Both the position numbers and the translations under genes were made by a program. Shown here piece by piece: positions 1-11,759 of a stretch of 64,000 nucleotides of DNA. This DNA comes from an uncultured Campylobacter sp. GTDB lineage: Bacteria > Campylobacterota > Campylobacteria > Campylobacterales > Campylobacteraceae. Location: positions 15,554 through 79,553 of the forward strand of contig CAURUZ010000007.1 in NCBI GenBank assembly GCA_963528355.1, in the 5' to 3' direction. The notes beneath the pieces were generated by a model. That model was not told where the DNA came from, ran no database searches, and saw only the letters and a program-made list of their open reading frames with translations. Positions within the stretch are counted from its first letter, which is position 1, and each line of letters begins with the position of its first letter.

Positions 1-675
1 CGGACGAAATTATAGCTCCGAAAAGATTAAATATTTATAAAATATTAAAAGGCGTTATCGCTATCAAGCATATTTGATTCTCCCGTGCAATCGCTAGTTA
101 TAGGCATTGATGAATAAAATTTTATTTGCTCTTGGCGGTTTAAGGAGAGAATGATAAATTTAAAGGCTAATGAGCTTTAAAAATTTACGCCACGTTGTAA
201 ATATCAAAATTTAAATGCAGTGAGCTCGGGATATCTGTCATTAGTGTGCGCCGTGGGTTTTTGCAGAGAAATTTAATGAGACTTTTAAAGCGTAGCCGAT
301 GCGCACAGGAGCGAGCGATAATTAAATTTTCACTATGAATTTAAATAAGAGTGTTTTTAATACTAATTTTTCAAGCGTTAAAGTGGGCTTGCGGCGGCTG
401 GTGCGGCAAATTTGCTTTGCGGTTACAGTTAAAATTTCCGCCGCGCGGAGTAAACGTCACGCATAAATTAAATTTGCCGCATAGAAGCTAAATTTTGCGT
501 CGCAGTTAAATCCACAATAGTCAAATCACAGCGAGCTCAACGCTGCAAATTTAGAGCCCATAAGCGCAAGCGCTTGACTTGCGGCTGAGCCGCGATCCCT
601 TACGATAAGATGCCTATTGTTCGCATTCCTGCGGCTGTATAAAACAAACGACGCCGCATTTTAAATTTTAAAATT

Positions 676-1605
676 TTATTTGAATAAGCTGTTTACGCTC
701 TCGTCGTGATATACGCGCCTGATGACCTCGCCGAAGAGTGGAGCGACGCTGATTACCTTGATGCGGTCGCTTTCCTGCTTTAGCGGGATTGTGTCGGTCA
801 CGACGAGGCCGTCTAGTGCGCCGCTTTCGATGCGCTCATATGCCGGGCCGCTTAGCACGGCGTGCGTGCAAAACGCGCTGACGCTCTTCGCGCCCTGGTC
901 TTTAAATGCGCCCGCGGCCTTGACGATGGTGCCCGCGGTATCGATCATATCGTCGATTAGGATCACGTCCTTGCCCGCGACGTCGCCGATGATATTCATC
1001 ACCTCGCTTTTGTTCGCCTCCTCGCGGCGCTTATCGACGATCACCAGATCGAGTGAGAGCTTTTTAGCGAAGCTTCTGGCGCGCGCGACGCCGCCCACGT
1101 CGGGGCTAGCGATGATAGGATTTTTTAAATTTTTCTCTTTCAGGTAGTCCAAAAATATCAGCGAGCCGTAGAGGTTATCGACGGGCACGTCGAAAAAGCC
1201 CTGTATCTGCCCCGCATGCAGATCCATCGTGACGACACGGTCGATACCCGCCGTTTGCATCATATTCGCCACGAGCTTCGCGCTGATCGGCACGCGCGGG
1301 GCCGCCTTGCGGTCTTGGCGAGCATAGCCGAAGTAGGGCACGACCGCAGTGATCGAGTTCGCGCTGGAGCGCTTCAGCGCGTCGGTTAGGATCAGAAGCT
1401 CCATCAGATTGGAGTTTGCGGGCGCGCAGGTCGGCTGGATGACGAAGACGTCCTTACCGCGCACGCTCTCGCCGATCTGGACGCTGATTTCGCCGTCGCT
1501 GAAGGTTTTGATCGCGCATTCGCTAAGCGGTAGCGAGAGATATTTGGAGATTTTTTTGGCAAATTCGGGATTTGCGGTGCCGGAGAAAATTTTATATCCG
1601 CGCAT
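676..1605 (-). CDS. prs: Ribose-phosphate pyrophosphokinase
   Basis: Motifs FSDGE, PYFGYARQDRK, DLHAGQIQGFFD, PDVGGVARA, IDDMIDTAGT; 309 aa. Confidence 0.98.
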   Translation of the reverse strand: MRGYKIFSGTANPEFAKKISKYLSLPLSECAIKTFSDGEISVQIGESVRGKDVFVIQPTCAPANSNLMELLILTDALKRSSANSITAVVPYFGYARQDRKAAPRVPISAKLVANMMQTAGIDRVVTMDLHAGQIQGFFDVPVDNLYGSLIFLDYLKEKNLKNPIIASPDVGGVARARSFAKKLSLDLVIVDKRREEANKSEVMNIIGDVAGKDVILIDDMIDTAGTIVKAAGAFKDQGAKSVSAFCTHAVLSGPAYERIESGALDGLVVTDTIPLKQESDRIKVISVAPLFGEVIRRVYHDESVNSLFK

Positions 1606-1636
1606 TTTGATGACCTTTGGATTGAAATTTGCTCGA

Positions 1637-1645
1637 ATTCTACAC
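1637..1645 (-). promoter_or_regulatory. Putative sigma70 -10 element (TAGAAT) for prs
   Basis: Minus strand reads ttggtgTAGAAT about 30 nt upstream of the prs ATG. Confidence 0.45.
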
Positions 1646-2397
1646 CAAAAGCGCTAAATTTTAGCTAATTCGCTCGTCGCGCTCGCGTAAAATTCATAAG
1701 CGAGCATCGCGGACCGCCGTCCATTTGCTGGATAAATTCTTTAAAATTTCAGGGTGGTTCGGCTCGCCGCGGTTTTAGTTGGGCGAAATTTTGGCTGTGG
1801 GTTGCAGCGCCCGCGAGCGATCGTAGCTCGCGTTTTTGCACAAGCAGCCGCACAGATTGCGGGCAAAACCGTATTGAAAATTTTTATGAAAGTCTGATGG
1901 AGCGCATCAAGCAGAGGGTATGGCTAAAACCGTATCACAGAGGGCGGGGCGCCGGTTAGCACGGAATTTTATATTTTCTATAACAGACGGGCAGAATTTT
2001 ATCTTTTAAAGCTGCGGAGATTGTGCGTAAATTTAGATTTGAGCTTGCGCGGGACAGACTGCGCGAATGCTTGCGGTGCGCTAAATTTAGGCTGCCGCGG
2101 CGCATAAATTTTAGATCGCCAGCGCAGTTAAATTTAAAGCCTGCTTTGTTTTGGTGAAAATTTAAAGCTCGTTTTGACGATCAAATTTAAAGCTCGGCTT
2201 TTAAAACCTGTCCGTGCGCCGCAAAATTTTAAAATTTATCGCGCAGTTTTGGTCTATCGCGTAAATTTAGACACCGCCTTTGCGTGCTTAAATTTTAAAA
2301 TCATGCAGGCTCTCTTCGCCGTGTAAATTTCGATATTGTTTTTGCACGCTTAAATTTAAAATCGCGCGATGCGGTATAAATTTATCCGCAGCGGGCG

Positions 2398-4482
2398 CTA
2401 TTCCGTGATTTTGGTGGGCTCGCCAAAGAGTCTATTCATCTCGGAGATCAAAATTTCCTTGCCGTCCTGCGCGCCGTTTGCGAGCTCGGCGAGGCCTGCC
2501 TTGGCGGCGCGCACGCTCTTGCTCGTATCGCGGGGCTTTGCGGCGTAGTTTTGCGGATCGGTGGATCTTAGCAGATCGTCCTTGGGCGGCTGTTTTTCGC
2601 CCTCGCCGCTAGCGCCGTTTTTTTGCGGTTTTGCCGCTTTCGGCGCGGAATTTTCTTCGGAATTTTCGCCGCCGCTTGAAATTTCATTTTGCTCGGAGTT
2701 TGCGGTCTTGCTTGCGCCCGAGTCGGAATTTTGCGCATCGCTTGTCGTATCGCTAGAATTTTCAAGCGGTTTTTCTGCGCTACTTGTAGTGTCCTTTGCT
2801 TTGCCCTTCGCTGCGCTATCTACGTTACTAGAGGCGGAATTCTCCGCGCTGTTTTGCGCAGAATTTTCCTGCTTCTGTGGCGCGCCTTGCTCGATTTTGA
2901 TTTTCGCGCTCTCGCCAAAAAGCGATTTTAGCACGCTATTTATCGCTCGCGAGCCCTTGCGCAGGTACTCTCTGTCCTGCCCCTGCGCGCGCGAGAGCAG
3001 ATACAGCGTGCCGCGCTCGAGCTTTAAAAATTCCACGCACTTGCTAAATTTCTCGCCCAGATCGTAATCTCGGTCGTAAATTTTGGCTAAAAAATTCTCG
3101 TAAATTTCATTTTGAGCGCCCGTTTTGACGGACGGGCTAGAATTTTTAGTCTGCGCCGTTGCGCTCGGTTTAGTCTCGCCGCCTGCGTCAAGGCTCTGCT
3201 TTGCCGCGCCGAAGTTTTGTGCCGTGTTTGCGGGACGTTTCGAGCTTGTCGTAAAGCTAGGCACGCCGCTTATTCCGCTATCCTGGTCGCTTGACGCAAA
3301 AGTCGTGCCGTCCGGCTCGCTGTTTGGCGCAAATGCCGCGCTTTGGTTGGAATTTGACCTAAAATTCGGCGCGGAGCTTTGCGAGTTTAAATTCGGCGCC
3401 GAAGCAGAAGCATAGCCCTCGCCTTGATCCAGGGATCTTCCGACCTCTATGAGTTCGTCGATCTCGCGCAGATTTACCGCCTCCATCATCATAAAAATCA
3501 TCATAGAGATCGCGTAGGTGTTGTCCGGGCTGATGGCAAGCATGCTCTTAGCGCCCGCTAAAATGCGGAAAAACCGCTCATACATCAGCAGGCTAAATTT
3601 TGCGTCGCGTCGCAGGAATTTATCCTTTAAATTTGCGATCATCTCGTCGATTATCGTCTCGGCGTTGTAGTTTTCGACCTCTTTGATGATCTCGATCGCG
3701 TCCGCGCGGTCCTGGCGCAGTACGACGTCTAAAATTTCGCCGATTTTAGCGGGATCGAGCAAGCCCAGCATATCGGCGATCGCGTGCTGCGTAATGCCTT
3801 CGCGGCTAAAGATGATCGCCTGATCGAGGAGCGTGAGCGTATCTCGTAGCGAGCCCGAGCCGCTGCGCGCCAAAATTTCAAGCGCGCCCTCTTCGTAAGC
3901 GATGTTTTCAGTTTTTAAAATTTGCGCCAGATGCGCTACGACGGCGCTTTTGGCGATCGGCTTAAAGCGAAAGTGCTGAGTGCGCGATAGCACCGTGACT
4001 GGAAGCTTGAGCGGATCGGTGGTCGCAAGGATAAATTTTACGTAGCTAGGCGGCTCCTCAAGCGTCTTTAAAAGCGCGTTGGAGGCCTCTTTGGTGAGCA
4101 TATGCACCTCGTCGATTATGAAAATTTTAAAGCGCGCGCTTGCGGGATGATACTTCGTCTGCTCGATGAGCTCGCGGATATCGTCGATCTTGCGATGGCT
4201 GGCGGCGTCCATCTCGATGATGTCGATGTGGCGCCCCTCGTTTGCCATTACACAGTTATCGCAGATCTCGCACGGTTTGCCGGTGGGGCCTTTATCGCAT
4301 AAAAGCGCTTTGGCAAAAATCCTAGCCGTCGAGGTTTTACCGCTGCCGCGAAGTCCGCTGAAAAGATATGCGTGGCTCAGCCTGCCCGAATCCAGCGCGT
4401 GCGCGAGGCTTTTGGCGACGGCATCTTGACCGATGAGCTGCTCGAAGCTTTTGGGTCTGTATTTTAAAGCGAGTGCTTGCAA
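2398..4482 (-). CDS. dnaX: DNA polymerase III subunit gamma/tau with long low-complexity linkers
   Basis: ALKYRP, Walker A GLRGSGKTS, zinc module CDK..PCEICDNC, IIDEVHML, LLKTLEEPP; TTG start after AAGGAG. Confidence 0.97.
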   Translation of the reverse strand: MQALALKYRPKSFEQLIGQDAVAKSLAHALDSGRLSHAYLFSGLRGSGKTSTARIFAKALLCDKGPTGKPCEICDNCVMANEGRHIDIIEMDAASHRKIDDIRELIEQTKYHPASARFKIFIIDEVHMLTKEASNALLKTLEEPPSYVKFILATTDPLKLPVTVLSRTQHFRFKPIAKSAVVAHLAQILKTENIAYEEGALEILARSGSGSLRDTLTLLDQAIIFSREGITQHAIADMLGLLDPAKIGEILDVVLRQDRADAIEIIKEVENYNAETIIDEMIANLKDKFLRRDAKFSLLMYERFFRILAGAKSMLAISPDNTYAISMMIFMMMEAVNLREIDELIEVGRSLDQGEGYASASAPNLNSQSSAPNFRSNSNQSAAFAPNSEPDGTTFASSDQDSGISGVPSFTTSSKRPANTAQNFGAAKQSLDAGGETKPSATAQTKNSSPSVKTGAQNEIYENFLAKIYDRDYDLGEKFSKCVEFLKLERGTLYLLSRAQGQDREYLRKGSRAINSVLKSLFGESAKIKIEQGAPQKQENSAQNSAENSASSNVDSAAKGKAKDTTSSAEKPLENSSDTTSDAQNSDSGASKTANSEQNEISSGGENSEENSAPKAAKPQKNGASGEGEKQPPKDDLLRSTDPQNYAAKPRDTSKSVRAAKAGLAELANGAQDGKEILISEMNRLFGEPTKITE

Positions 4483-4575
4483 AATTTCTCCTTTGATTCT
4501 ACTAATGATACAAAAAAATCTATAAATTTTAAATTTAGTGCTACAATGCGCCCGAATCTCATAAAAAGGATAGAA

Positions 4576-5124
4576 ATGAAAAAATTTTTACTCGGCGTTT
4601 TTGCGCTATTTTTTGCCGCCTGCTCGCAAACCAGCAGCGTCATCAGCCTAAATCCATATCTTTCTAAGGCCGATCAGACCGTAAGCGGCAAGTCGGTAAA
4701 TATCAACGCAATCAACGATCAGCGCGAAAATCAGATGGTAATCGCCGTTATAAACGACAACGACGGCAAACTCGTCGATGAAGTGCTTTTAAAAAATAAT
4801 CTCTCGGCGTGGTTTGATCAGGCTTTGCGCGCGGAGCTTGAGGCTCGCGGCGTAAGGATTGATCCGGCAAGCCCGAATATCGTAACCGTAAACATTAGAA
4901 GCATCTCGGCGGCGATCAACGGCTACTCGAAGGAAAATATGAGCGCAAGAGGCGAGATCGCGATCTCTATCGTGCAGGGCAACAAAACTACGACCAAGCG
5001 CGTTTCGCAGGATCAGAGCCAATTTACCGCGCTTCGCACGGCTAGATCACTTAATCCTTTCGTACAAAGCTTGCTTGGCGACATCGTCAAAAAATCCGCC
5101 GATCAAATCATCTTAACGCTTTAG
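4576..5124 (+). CDS. Lipoprotein, YajG-like
   Basis: ATG at 4576 after AAAGGA; signal peptide with lipobox FAAC; TGcTACAAT extended -10 at 4539-4547. The family call is from recalled resemblance. Confidence 0.7.
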   Translation: MKKFLLGVFALFFAACSQTSSVISLNPYLSKADQTVSGKSVNINAINDQRENQMVIAVINDNDGKLVDEVLLKNNLSAWFDQALRAELEARGVRIDPASPNIVTVNIRSISAAINGYSKENMSARGEIAISIVQGNKTTTKRVSQDQSQFTALRTARSLNPFVQSLLGDIVKKSADQIILTL

Positions 5125-5742
5125 ATGCGCTGCGTAAATTGCGGCGCGTTTAGCCTGCGCACGATCTGCGCCGCCTGCGCCGCAAATTTAGCCGAATGCC
5201 GCCTAAGTATGCGGCAGGTGGAGGGCTTTAGCGTGTTTTACTACTACGGCTACTCCGAAATTCGAGAGCTCATACTTTCTAAACATCACGAATACGGCGC
5301 TGCGGTGCTTGCGCGCATAGCCTCTTTAAGCTTAGCGAAATTCCCGCTTCATCTGCAGCGCGAAATTTCTGCAAATCCGCAAAATTACGAAACGTTTAAA
5401 ACAGGCGGGATTTTTAAATTTAACGCCGTGCCGCTGGATGATGATGCTCGCAGCGGTTATTCGCACACGGCGATCTTAGCTCGCGCGCTAAAAAGCGAAC
5501 TGATTGAGCCGAAATTTCACTGCCTGCGCGCGCAAAATCGCGTCAAATACACGGGGCAGAGTTTGGAATTTCGCCTAAAACACAAGCGAAATTTTAAAAT
5601 TTTAACCACGCCGAAATTCCCCGTGATCCTGGTAGACGACATCATCACCTCGGGTCTTAGCATGCTGCAAGCGCGCGAGAGCTTGATCGATGGCGGCTTT
5701 ATGCCCGTGTGCGGCTTGGTTTTAGCTAATGCAAAAGAATAA
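5125..5742 (+). CDS. comF: ComF-family competence protein (phosphoribosyltransferase fold; CtsW-like)
   Basis: N-terminal CxxC...CxxC zinc finger and C-terminal PRT motif [10 protein letters not shown]. Confidence 0.88.
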   Translation: MRCVNCGAFSLRTICAACAANLAECRLSMRQVEGFSVFYYYGYSEIRELILSKHHEYGAAVLARIASLSLAKFPLHLQREISANPQNYETFKTGGIFKFNAVPLDDDARSGYSHTAILARALKSELIEPKFHCLRAQNRVKYTGQSLEFRLKHKRNFKILTTPKFPVILVDDIITSGLSMLQARESLIDGGFMPVCGLVLANAKE

Positions 5743-5747
5743 TTCGC

Positions 5748-5753
5748 TATAAT
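5748..5753 (+). promoter_or_regulatory. Putative -10 element TATAAT for gyrA
   Basis: Perfect TATAAT about 27 nt before the ATG, followed by the AAAGGA RBS. Confidence 0.55.
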
Positions 5754-5780
5754 CGCGCTTTAAAATTTAAAAGGATATTT

Positions 5781-8525
5781 ATGCAATCAAATATGTTTGA
5801 AAATCAGGAGATCATCGATATAGACGTCGAGGAATCGATCAAGACGAGCTATCTTGATTACTCGATGAGCGTTATCATCGGTCGTGCGCTGCCGGACGCC
5901 AGAGACGGCCTAAAGCCGGTGCATAGGCGAATTTTATACGCGATGAACGATCTTGGCGTGGGCTCTCGCCAGCCGTACAAAAAATCTGCTCGTATCGTAG
6001 GCGACGTCATCGGTAAATACCATCCGCACGGCGATACCGCCGTTTACGATGCGCTCGTGCGAATGGCGCAGAGCTTTTCGATGAGAATTCCTTCCGTGGA
6101 CGGTCAAGGCAACTTCGGTTCGATCGACGGCGACGGAGCGGCGGCGATGAGGTACACCGAAGCGCGTATGACGCCGCTAGCCGAGGAGCTGCTAAAAGAC
6201 CTGGATAAAGAGACGGTCGATTTCGTGCCGAACTACGACGAGAGCTTAAATGAGCCCGACGTATTGCCTGCGCGCGTGCCGAATTTGCTGCTTAACGGCT
6301 CAAGCGGAATCGCCGTTGGAATGGCGACTAATATCCCGCCGCACAGCCTAGATGAGCTTGTGGGCGGTCTTTTGATACTGCTTGAGAATAAAAACGCAAG
6401 CCTAGAGGAGATCATGGGCGAGATCAAGGGCCCCGATTTTCCGACCGGCGGCATAATCTACGGTAAAAAGGGGATCATTGAAGCGTATAAAACGGGCAGA
6501 GGGCGAGTTAAAATTCGCGCTAAAACCCATATCGAAAAAAAATCAAATAAAGACGTCATCGTAATCGACGAGCTGCCGTATCAGACCAATAAAGCGCGCC
6601 TGATCGAGCAGATCGCAGATCTCGTAAAGGAAAAGCAGATCGAAGGAATCTCTGAGGTGCGCGACGAGAGCGATCGCGACGGAATTCGCGTAGTAATCGA
6701 GCTTAAGCGCGACGCGATGAGCGAGATCGTACTGAATAATCTATTTAAGCAAACTACGATGGAGGCGACCTTCGGCGTGATAATGCTCGCAATCGACGGC
6801 AAGGAGCCGAAGATTTTCACGCTGATAGAGCTTTTGAAGCTGTTTTTGAACCACAGAAAAACCGTCATCATCCGCCGCACGATTTTTGAGCTTCAAAAAG
6901 CCCGTGCTAGAGCGCACATCTTAGAGGGCTTAAAGATCGCGCTAGATAATATCGACGAAGTGATTGACGTGATTAGAAACTCCGCCGATACAAACGTCGC
7001 GCGCGAAAATTTAATGAGCAGATTCGGCCTCAGCGAGGCGCAATCGGGCGCGATTTTAGATATGAGGCTAAGCCGCTTAACGGGACTTGAGCGTGAAAAG
7101 ATCGAGGAGGAGCTAAAGGAAATTTTAGCCGAGATAAAGCGGCTTGATGCGATCCTAAAGAGCGAGGAGCTGATTGAGGGCATCATCAAAGATGAGCTTT
7201 TGGAGATCAAGGATAAATTTAAATGCCCACGCATCACCGAAATCGTCGACGACTACGAGGATATCGACATCGAAGATTTAATCGCGAATGAAAATATGGT
7301 CGTTACGATCACTCACCGCGGCTACATAAAGCGCGTACCTAGCAAGACTTACGAGAAGCAAAAGCGCGGCGGCAAGGGGCGCGTGGCGGTTACGACATAT
7401 GATGACGACTTCATCGAGAGCTTTTTTACGTCCAACACCCACGATACGCTTATGTTTATCACCGACCGCGGGCAGCTTTACTGGCTTAAGGTCTATAAAA
7501 TTCCGGAGGGCTCGCGCACCGCAAAGGGCAAGGCGGTCGTAAATTTAATCCAGCTCGGCGCGGACGAAAAGATAATGGCGATCATCCCTACGACCGATTT
7601 TGATCCGAGCAAGTCGCTCGTATTTTTCACTCGCAACGGCATCGTAAAACGCACGAATTTAAGCGAGTTTAAAAACATCCGCTCGCTTGGCATCCGCGCT
7701 ATCAGCCTAGATGAGGACGATACGCTAGTAACCGCTCTCATCGCTCCAAACAGCGCCGAGGAGATGCAAAACTACAAAGGAGGCGCCTTAAGCGGCGACG
7801 ATCTGGACGGCGGCGAGGCTGAGGAAGTTTTAGAGCAGATTGAGCAGGATATTTTGGAGGGAAGCGAGGATGAAATTTCAGATGAAATTTCGCAAGACGA
7901 AGGCACTCAAGAGGGCGAGCCGCAAAGCGCTAACGAAAATATGCTCTTCATCGCTACGAAAAAGGGAATGTGCCTTAAATTTAATCTAAATAAAATTCGC
8001 CAGATGGGGCGCATCGCTCGCGGCGTAAAAGGGATTAAATTTAAAGAAAAAGGCGATGAGGTCATCGGTGCCGCGTTTATTTTAAGCGACATGCAAGAAA
8101 TTTTAAGCGTGAGCCAAAAGGGTATCGGCAAGCGCACCACCGCGAGCGAGTATCGTCTCACAAACCGCGGCGGTAAGGGCGTCATCTGCATGAAGCTCAC
8201 CAACCGCACGGGCGAGCTCATCGGCGTCGTGATGGTCGATGAGGAGATGGATCTCATGGCGTTAACCACCAGCGGCAAGATGATCCGCGTCGATATGCAA
8301 AGCATCCGCAAAGCGGGTCGCAACACCAGCGGCGTCATCGTCGTAAATGTCGAGGGCGACGACGTCGTGAGTATCGCGACCTGCCCGAAAGCCGAGGAGG
8401 GCGACGAGGGCGAGACGGACGAGCTTGCGCAGGATGAAAATTTATTAAATTCAAATTTAGATAGCAAAGATTCGCAGAGCGACGGCTCTAGCGATGAAAT
8501 TTTAAAAGGAGGAGAGGATGAGTAG
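5781..8525 (+). CDS. gyrA: DNA gyrase subunit A
   Basis: [23 protein letters not shown] (Thr86), catalytic AAAMRYTE, GyrA box QKRGGKG. Confidence 0.99.
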   Translation: MQSNMFENQEIIDIDVEESIKTSYLDYSMSVIIGRALPDARDGLKPVHRRILYAMNDLGVGSRQPYKKSARIVGDVIGKYHPHGDTAVYDALVRMAQSFSMRIPSVDGQGNFGSIDGDGAAAMRYTEARMTPLAEELLKDLDKETVDFVPNYDESLNEPDVLPARVPNLLLNGSSGIAVGMATNIPPHSLDELVGGLLILLENKNASLEEIMGEIKGPDFPTGGIIYGKKGIIEAYKTGRGRVKIRAKTHIEKKSNKDVIVIDELPYQTNKARLIEQIADLVKEKQIEGISEVRDESDRDGIRVVIELKRDAMSEIVLNNLFKQTTMEATFGVIMLAIDGKEPKIFTLIELLKLFLNHRKTVIIRRTIFELQKARARAHILEGLKIALDNIDEVIDVIRNSADTNVARENLMSRFGLSEAQSGAILDMRLSRLTGLEREKIEEELKEILAEIKRLDAILKSEELIEGIIKDELLEIKDKFKCPRITEIVDDYEDIDIEDLIANENMVVTITHRGYIKRVPSKTYEKQKRGGKGRVAVTTYDDDFIESFFTSNTHDTLMFITDRGQLYWLKVYKIPEGSRTAKGKAVVNLIQLGADEKIMAIIPTTDFDPSKSLVFFTRNGIVKRTNLSEFKNIRSLGIRAISLDEDDTLVTALIAPNSAEEMQNYKGGALSGDDLDGGEAEEVLEQIEQDILEGSEDEISDEISQDEGTQEGEPQSANENMLFIATKKGMCLKFNLNKIRQMGRIARGVKGIKFKEKGDEVIGAAFILSDMQEILSVSQKGIGKRTTASEYRLTNRGGKGVICMKLTNRTGELIGVVMVDEEMDLMALTTSGKMIRVDMQSIRKAGRNTSGVIVVNVEGDDVVSIATCPKAEEGDEGETDELAQDENLLNSNLDSKDSQSDGSSDEILKGGEDE

Positions 8526-9549
8526 TTACAATATCGCCATCGTAGGCGCTACCGGCGCCGTAGGCGAGGAGATTTTGCGCGTCTTAGACGAGATGAACTT
8601 CCCCGTAAAGGACATACTACCGCTTGCAAGCGCAAAGAGCGCGGGCGAGAAGGTGGAATTCCGCGGCAAAGAATACGTCGTGAGGGAGCTCACGGACAGC
8701 ACCTTCGACGAAAACGAGATCGACATAGCGTTTTTTAGCGCGGGCGGCTCCATTTCGGCGCATTACGTGCCATTTGCTGCGGCAAGCGGCGCGGTGGTGA
8801 TCGATAACACGAGCCACTTTCGTATGCAAGAGGACGTCCCGCTCGTCGTGCCCGAGTGCAACCCGCAGGATATCGAGCTGTGGAAGGAGACGGGCATCAT
8901 TGCCAATCCGAACTGCTCGACCATTCAGATGGTTCAAATTTTAAAGCCGCTTGATGATGCGTTTGAAATAGAGCGCGTGGACGTAAGCACCTACCAAGCC
9001 GCCAGCGGTGCAGGCAAAGAGGGCATGAGCGAGCTTGTAGAGCAGCTGCAGCAGTTTTTCGCTTTTAAGCTTGATGAGTGCGAGCCGAAGGTTTTCCCGC
9101 ATCAGATCGCGATGAATGTCATCCCGCACATCGACGTATTTTTGGACAACGACTACACCAAAGAAGAGATGAAGATGGTGAATGAAACGCAGAAAATTTT
9201 GCATAAAAACTTCGCCGTTTCGGCTACCTGCGTGCGCGTGCCGGTGCTGCGCAGCCACAGCGAGGCGATCACGATAAAATTTAAAAAGGATTTCGAGATT
9301 AGCCGCGTGCGCGAAATTTTAAGAAATGCGCCTAGCATCGTGCTTGCAGACGATCCGAGCAAAAACGAGTACCCGATGCCGCTGCTTTCTAGCGACACGA
9401 ATGAAACCTACGTCGGCAGGCTTCGCAGGGACAATTTCGACGATAAAATTCTGCATCTTTGGTGCAGCGCCGATCAGATCCGCGTCGGAGCGGCTACGAA
9501 CGCCGTGCGCATCGCGCTTCGCTGGATCGATATGCAGCAAGATAAGTAG
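8518..9549 (+). CDS. asd: Aspartate-semialdehyde dehydrogenase
   Basis: GATGAVG Rossmann motif, IANPNCST catalytic Cys, [18 protein letters not shown]; overlaps the gyrA stop. Confidence 0.98.
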   Translation: MSSYNIAIVGATGAVGEEILRVLDEMNFPVKDILPLASAKSAGEKVEFRGKEYVVRELTDSTFDENEIDIAFFSAGGSISAHYVPFAAASGAVVIDNTSHFRMQEDVPLVVPECNPQDIELWKETGIIANPNCSTIQMVQILKPLDDAFEIERVDVSTYQAASGAGKEGMSELVEQLQQFFAFKLDECEPKVFPHQIAMNVIPHIDVFLDNDYTKEEMKMVNETQKILHKNFAVSATCVRVPVLRSHSEAITIKFKKDFEISRVREILRNAPSIVLADDPSKNEYPMPLLSSDTNETYVGRLRRDNFDDKILHLWCSADQIRVGAATNAVRIALRWIDMQQDK

Positions 9550-9671
9550 GATAATTTAGCAAGGCTGCCGAGTTTTTGCACGCAGATACAGTCGCGCGCG
9601 TGATTTCGGCGCCGAGGTCTGGCGAATAAAATTTGCAAATCAACTTAGTTAAAATTTAAGACCGCGAGCTG

Positions 9672-9703
9672 AAATTTTGCGCCCGATTAAAGGCGCAAAA
9701 TTT
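9672..9703. terminator. Hairpin after asd (probable terminator)
   Basis: Perfect 12-bp stem AAATTTTGCGCC / GGCGCAAAATTT with an 8-nt loop. Confidence 0.55.
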
Positions 9704-9854
9704 AAATAGACTCAAATGGACGCGATCAAAAGAGATAAATTTATGCGGTTGTAAACGAGCGTAAATTTAAACGAACACTTCGGCATGGAGCGGCTTTTAA
9801 ATTTATACATTCGTTTGCGGAGGAGCTAACCCCGAATTAAAATTTAAGGAAAAA

Positions 9855-10346
9855 ATGAAAGCTATATTTGAAAAATTTTTACTTTGCAGCAAATTTTTAA
9901 CCCTCTTGCCGGTGCTTTTTTGCATCGCGGCAGGCGCGGCTATATTTGTGATGGCAAGCTACGAAATCGGCTCGGCACTCTATAAAATCGTGGAATTTTT
10001 CCTAGCTCCACAGAGAGAGGGAGCGCTTTACGTCGATATTTTAAGCGAGATAATAACGGCGATCGATCTGTATCTGGTCGCTATAGTGCTGCTAATCTTC
10101 GTATTTGGAATTTACGAGCTGTTTATCGACGAGTTTGTGGATCTAAATTTACAAGTTTTAAAGATCGCCTCGCTGGATGAGCTAAAGCACAAACTCGGCA
10201 GCGTCATCATAATGGTGCTCGTAGTGGATTTTTTCAAGCGAATTTTGCACACCGATTTTACTACCCCTTTGGATATGCTTTTGCTCGCAGGGGCTATTTT
10301 TGCGGTTTGTTTAGCTTTGTATATTTTGAGTAAATTTAAAGGATAA
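9855..10346 (+). CDS. YqhA/UPF0114 family membrane protein
   Basis: Four hydrophobic segments; [18 protein letters not shown] and SLDELKHKL patterns; AAGGA RBS. Confidence 0.85.
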   Translation: MKAIFEKFLLCSKFLTLLPVLFCIAAGAAIFVMASYEIGSALYKIVEFFLAPQREGALYVDILSEIITAIDLYLVAIVLLIFVFGIYELFIDEFVDLNLQVLKIASLDELKHKLGSVIIMVLVVDFFKRILHTDFTTPLDMLLLAGAIFAVCLALYILSKFKG

Positions 10347-10348
10347 AA

Positions 10349-11395
10349 ATGGTTTTTATCGACGCATGCTTCGGCAAAGAGACCCCATACACGCCCATTT
10401 GGATGATGCGCCAGGCGGGGCGCTACCTGCCGCAATATATGGCGGTGCGCGAGAGGGCGGGCGATTTTTTGAGCCTGTGCCGCGACTACCGCGCCGCGAG
10501 CGAGGTAACGATCCAGCCCGTGGAGATTTTGGGCGTCGATGCGGCGATCTTATTTAGCGATATTTTGGTCGTACCGATGCAGATGGGGATGGATCTGCGC
10601 TTCGAAGCGGGCGAAGGGCCGCGCTTTAGTGATCCGATCCGCTCCCGGGGCGATCTGGCGCGCCTAGATCCGCAAAAGGCCGCGGCAGAGCTTGGATACG
10701 TTTATGATACGATCTCGCTTACTCGCTCTCGCCTTGCCGCGGATAAAGCGCTCATCGGCTTTTGCGGCGCGCCGTGGACGATCGCTACCTATATGATCGA
10801 GGGCGGCGGCAGTAAAAATTACGCCGTTTGCAAAAGGATGCTCTACGAAAATCCGCAGCTTTTGCATGAAATTTTGCGCCTCGTTACGGAGGCGACGAAG
10901 CTTTATCTAGCGCGCCAGATCGGCTCGGGCGTCGATGCGGTGCAGATCTTCGACAGCTGGGCGGGCGCGCTGGAGCCGAGCGCATACGAGGAGTTCGGGT
11001 GGCGATACATCCTAGAAATCACGGAATTTTTAAAGGCGAAATTCCCGCATATCCCGCTCATCGTCTTCGCCAAGGGCACGGGCGCACAGATGTCGCGGTT
11101 GAGCCGTATCGCGGAGCAGCGCGGCGTAGCGAGCTTTGACGTATGGGGCGTGGATTGGAGCACTCCTATGGGGCTTGCGCGCGAGCAGCTCGGGGGCAAA
11201 TTTGCGCTTCAGGGCAACCTGGAGCCGATGCGGCTATACGATCGCGGCGCGATAGAATCGGGCGTGCGCGAGATTTTAGCAGCAATGAAGGGTGCTGCGC
11301 ATATCTTTAATCTAGGCCATGGAATTTTGCCCGACGTAAGCGTGCAAAACGCCAAATATCTGGTGGATCTGGTGCACGAGCTAAGCGCGCGCTAA
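10349..11395 (+). CDS. hemE: Uroporphyrinogen decarboxylase
   Basis: [42 protein letters not shown]. Confidence 0.98.
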   Translation: MVFIDACFGKETPYTPIWMMRQAGRYLPQYMAVRERAGDFLSLCRDYRAASEVTIQPVEILGVDAAILFSDILVVPMQMGMDLRFEAGEGPRFSDPIRSRGDLARLDPQKAAAELGYVYDTISLTRSRLAADKALIGFCGAPWTIATYMIEGGGSKNYAVCKRMLYENPQLLHEILRLVTEATKLYLARQIGSGVDAVQIFDSWAGALEPSAYEEFGWRYILEITEFLKAKFPHIPLIVFAKGTGAQMSRLSRIAEQRGVASFDVWGVDWSTPMGLAREQLGGKFALQGNLEPMRLYDRGAIESGVREILAAMKGAAHIFNLGHGILPDVSVQNAKYLVDLVHELSAR

Positions 11396-11759
11396 AACCT
11401 TATTTTGCGAGAGCCCGCTTGCAGCGTGCCGCTGTGAAATTTCATAGAGCCGTAATTTAAAATTTTGCTCGCTTGGGTTGCTTGATTTACTTCCGCACGA
11501 TTTTTCCGCTGCCCATAAATTTTAAATTTTACACCACTTTCACGCTGCCAAAACAGCTCGCAGAACGCAAAGCTTTAAATTTTAAAATTCTGCGCCATTT
11601 TAGCGCGGCGGTATTGCTAAATTTTAAAACTTAGCCTAAATTTGAAATTTTATGTCGCTTTTACGCCGAGCGAGGCTTAAAATTTTACGCGCTATGTATG
11701 CGGCGGCGTAAAAATACCGCGAGCTCGCTAGTTTAAATTTAGCTCGCACATTAAATTTA

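Noticed and set aside
2398..4482. Programmed frameshift or slippage site in dnaX
   Set aside because: I saw no AAAAAAG heptamer or long A run after the clamp-loader domains; the A7 run near 2618-2624 is too close to the 3' end to be meaningful.
6036..6050. Fluoroquinolone-resistance change in the GyrA QRDR
   Set aside because: Thr86 and Asp90 (HGDTAVYD) are the wild-type Campylobacter residues.
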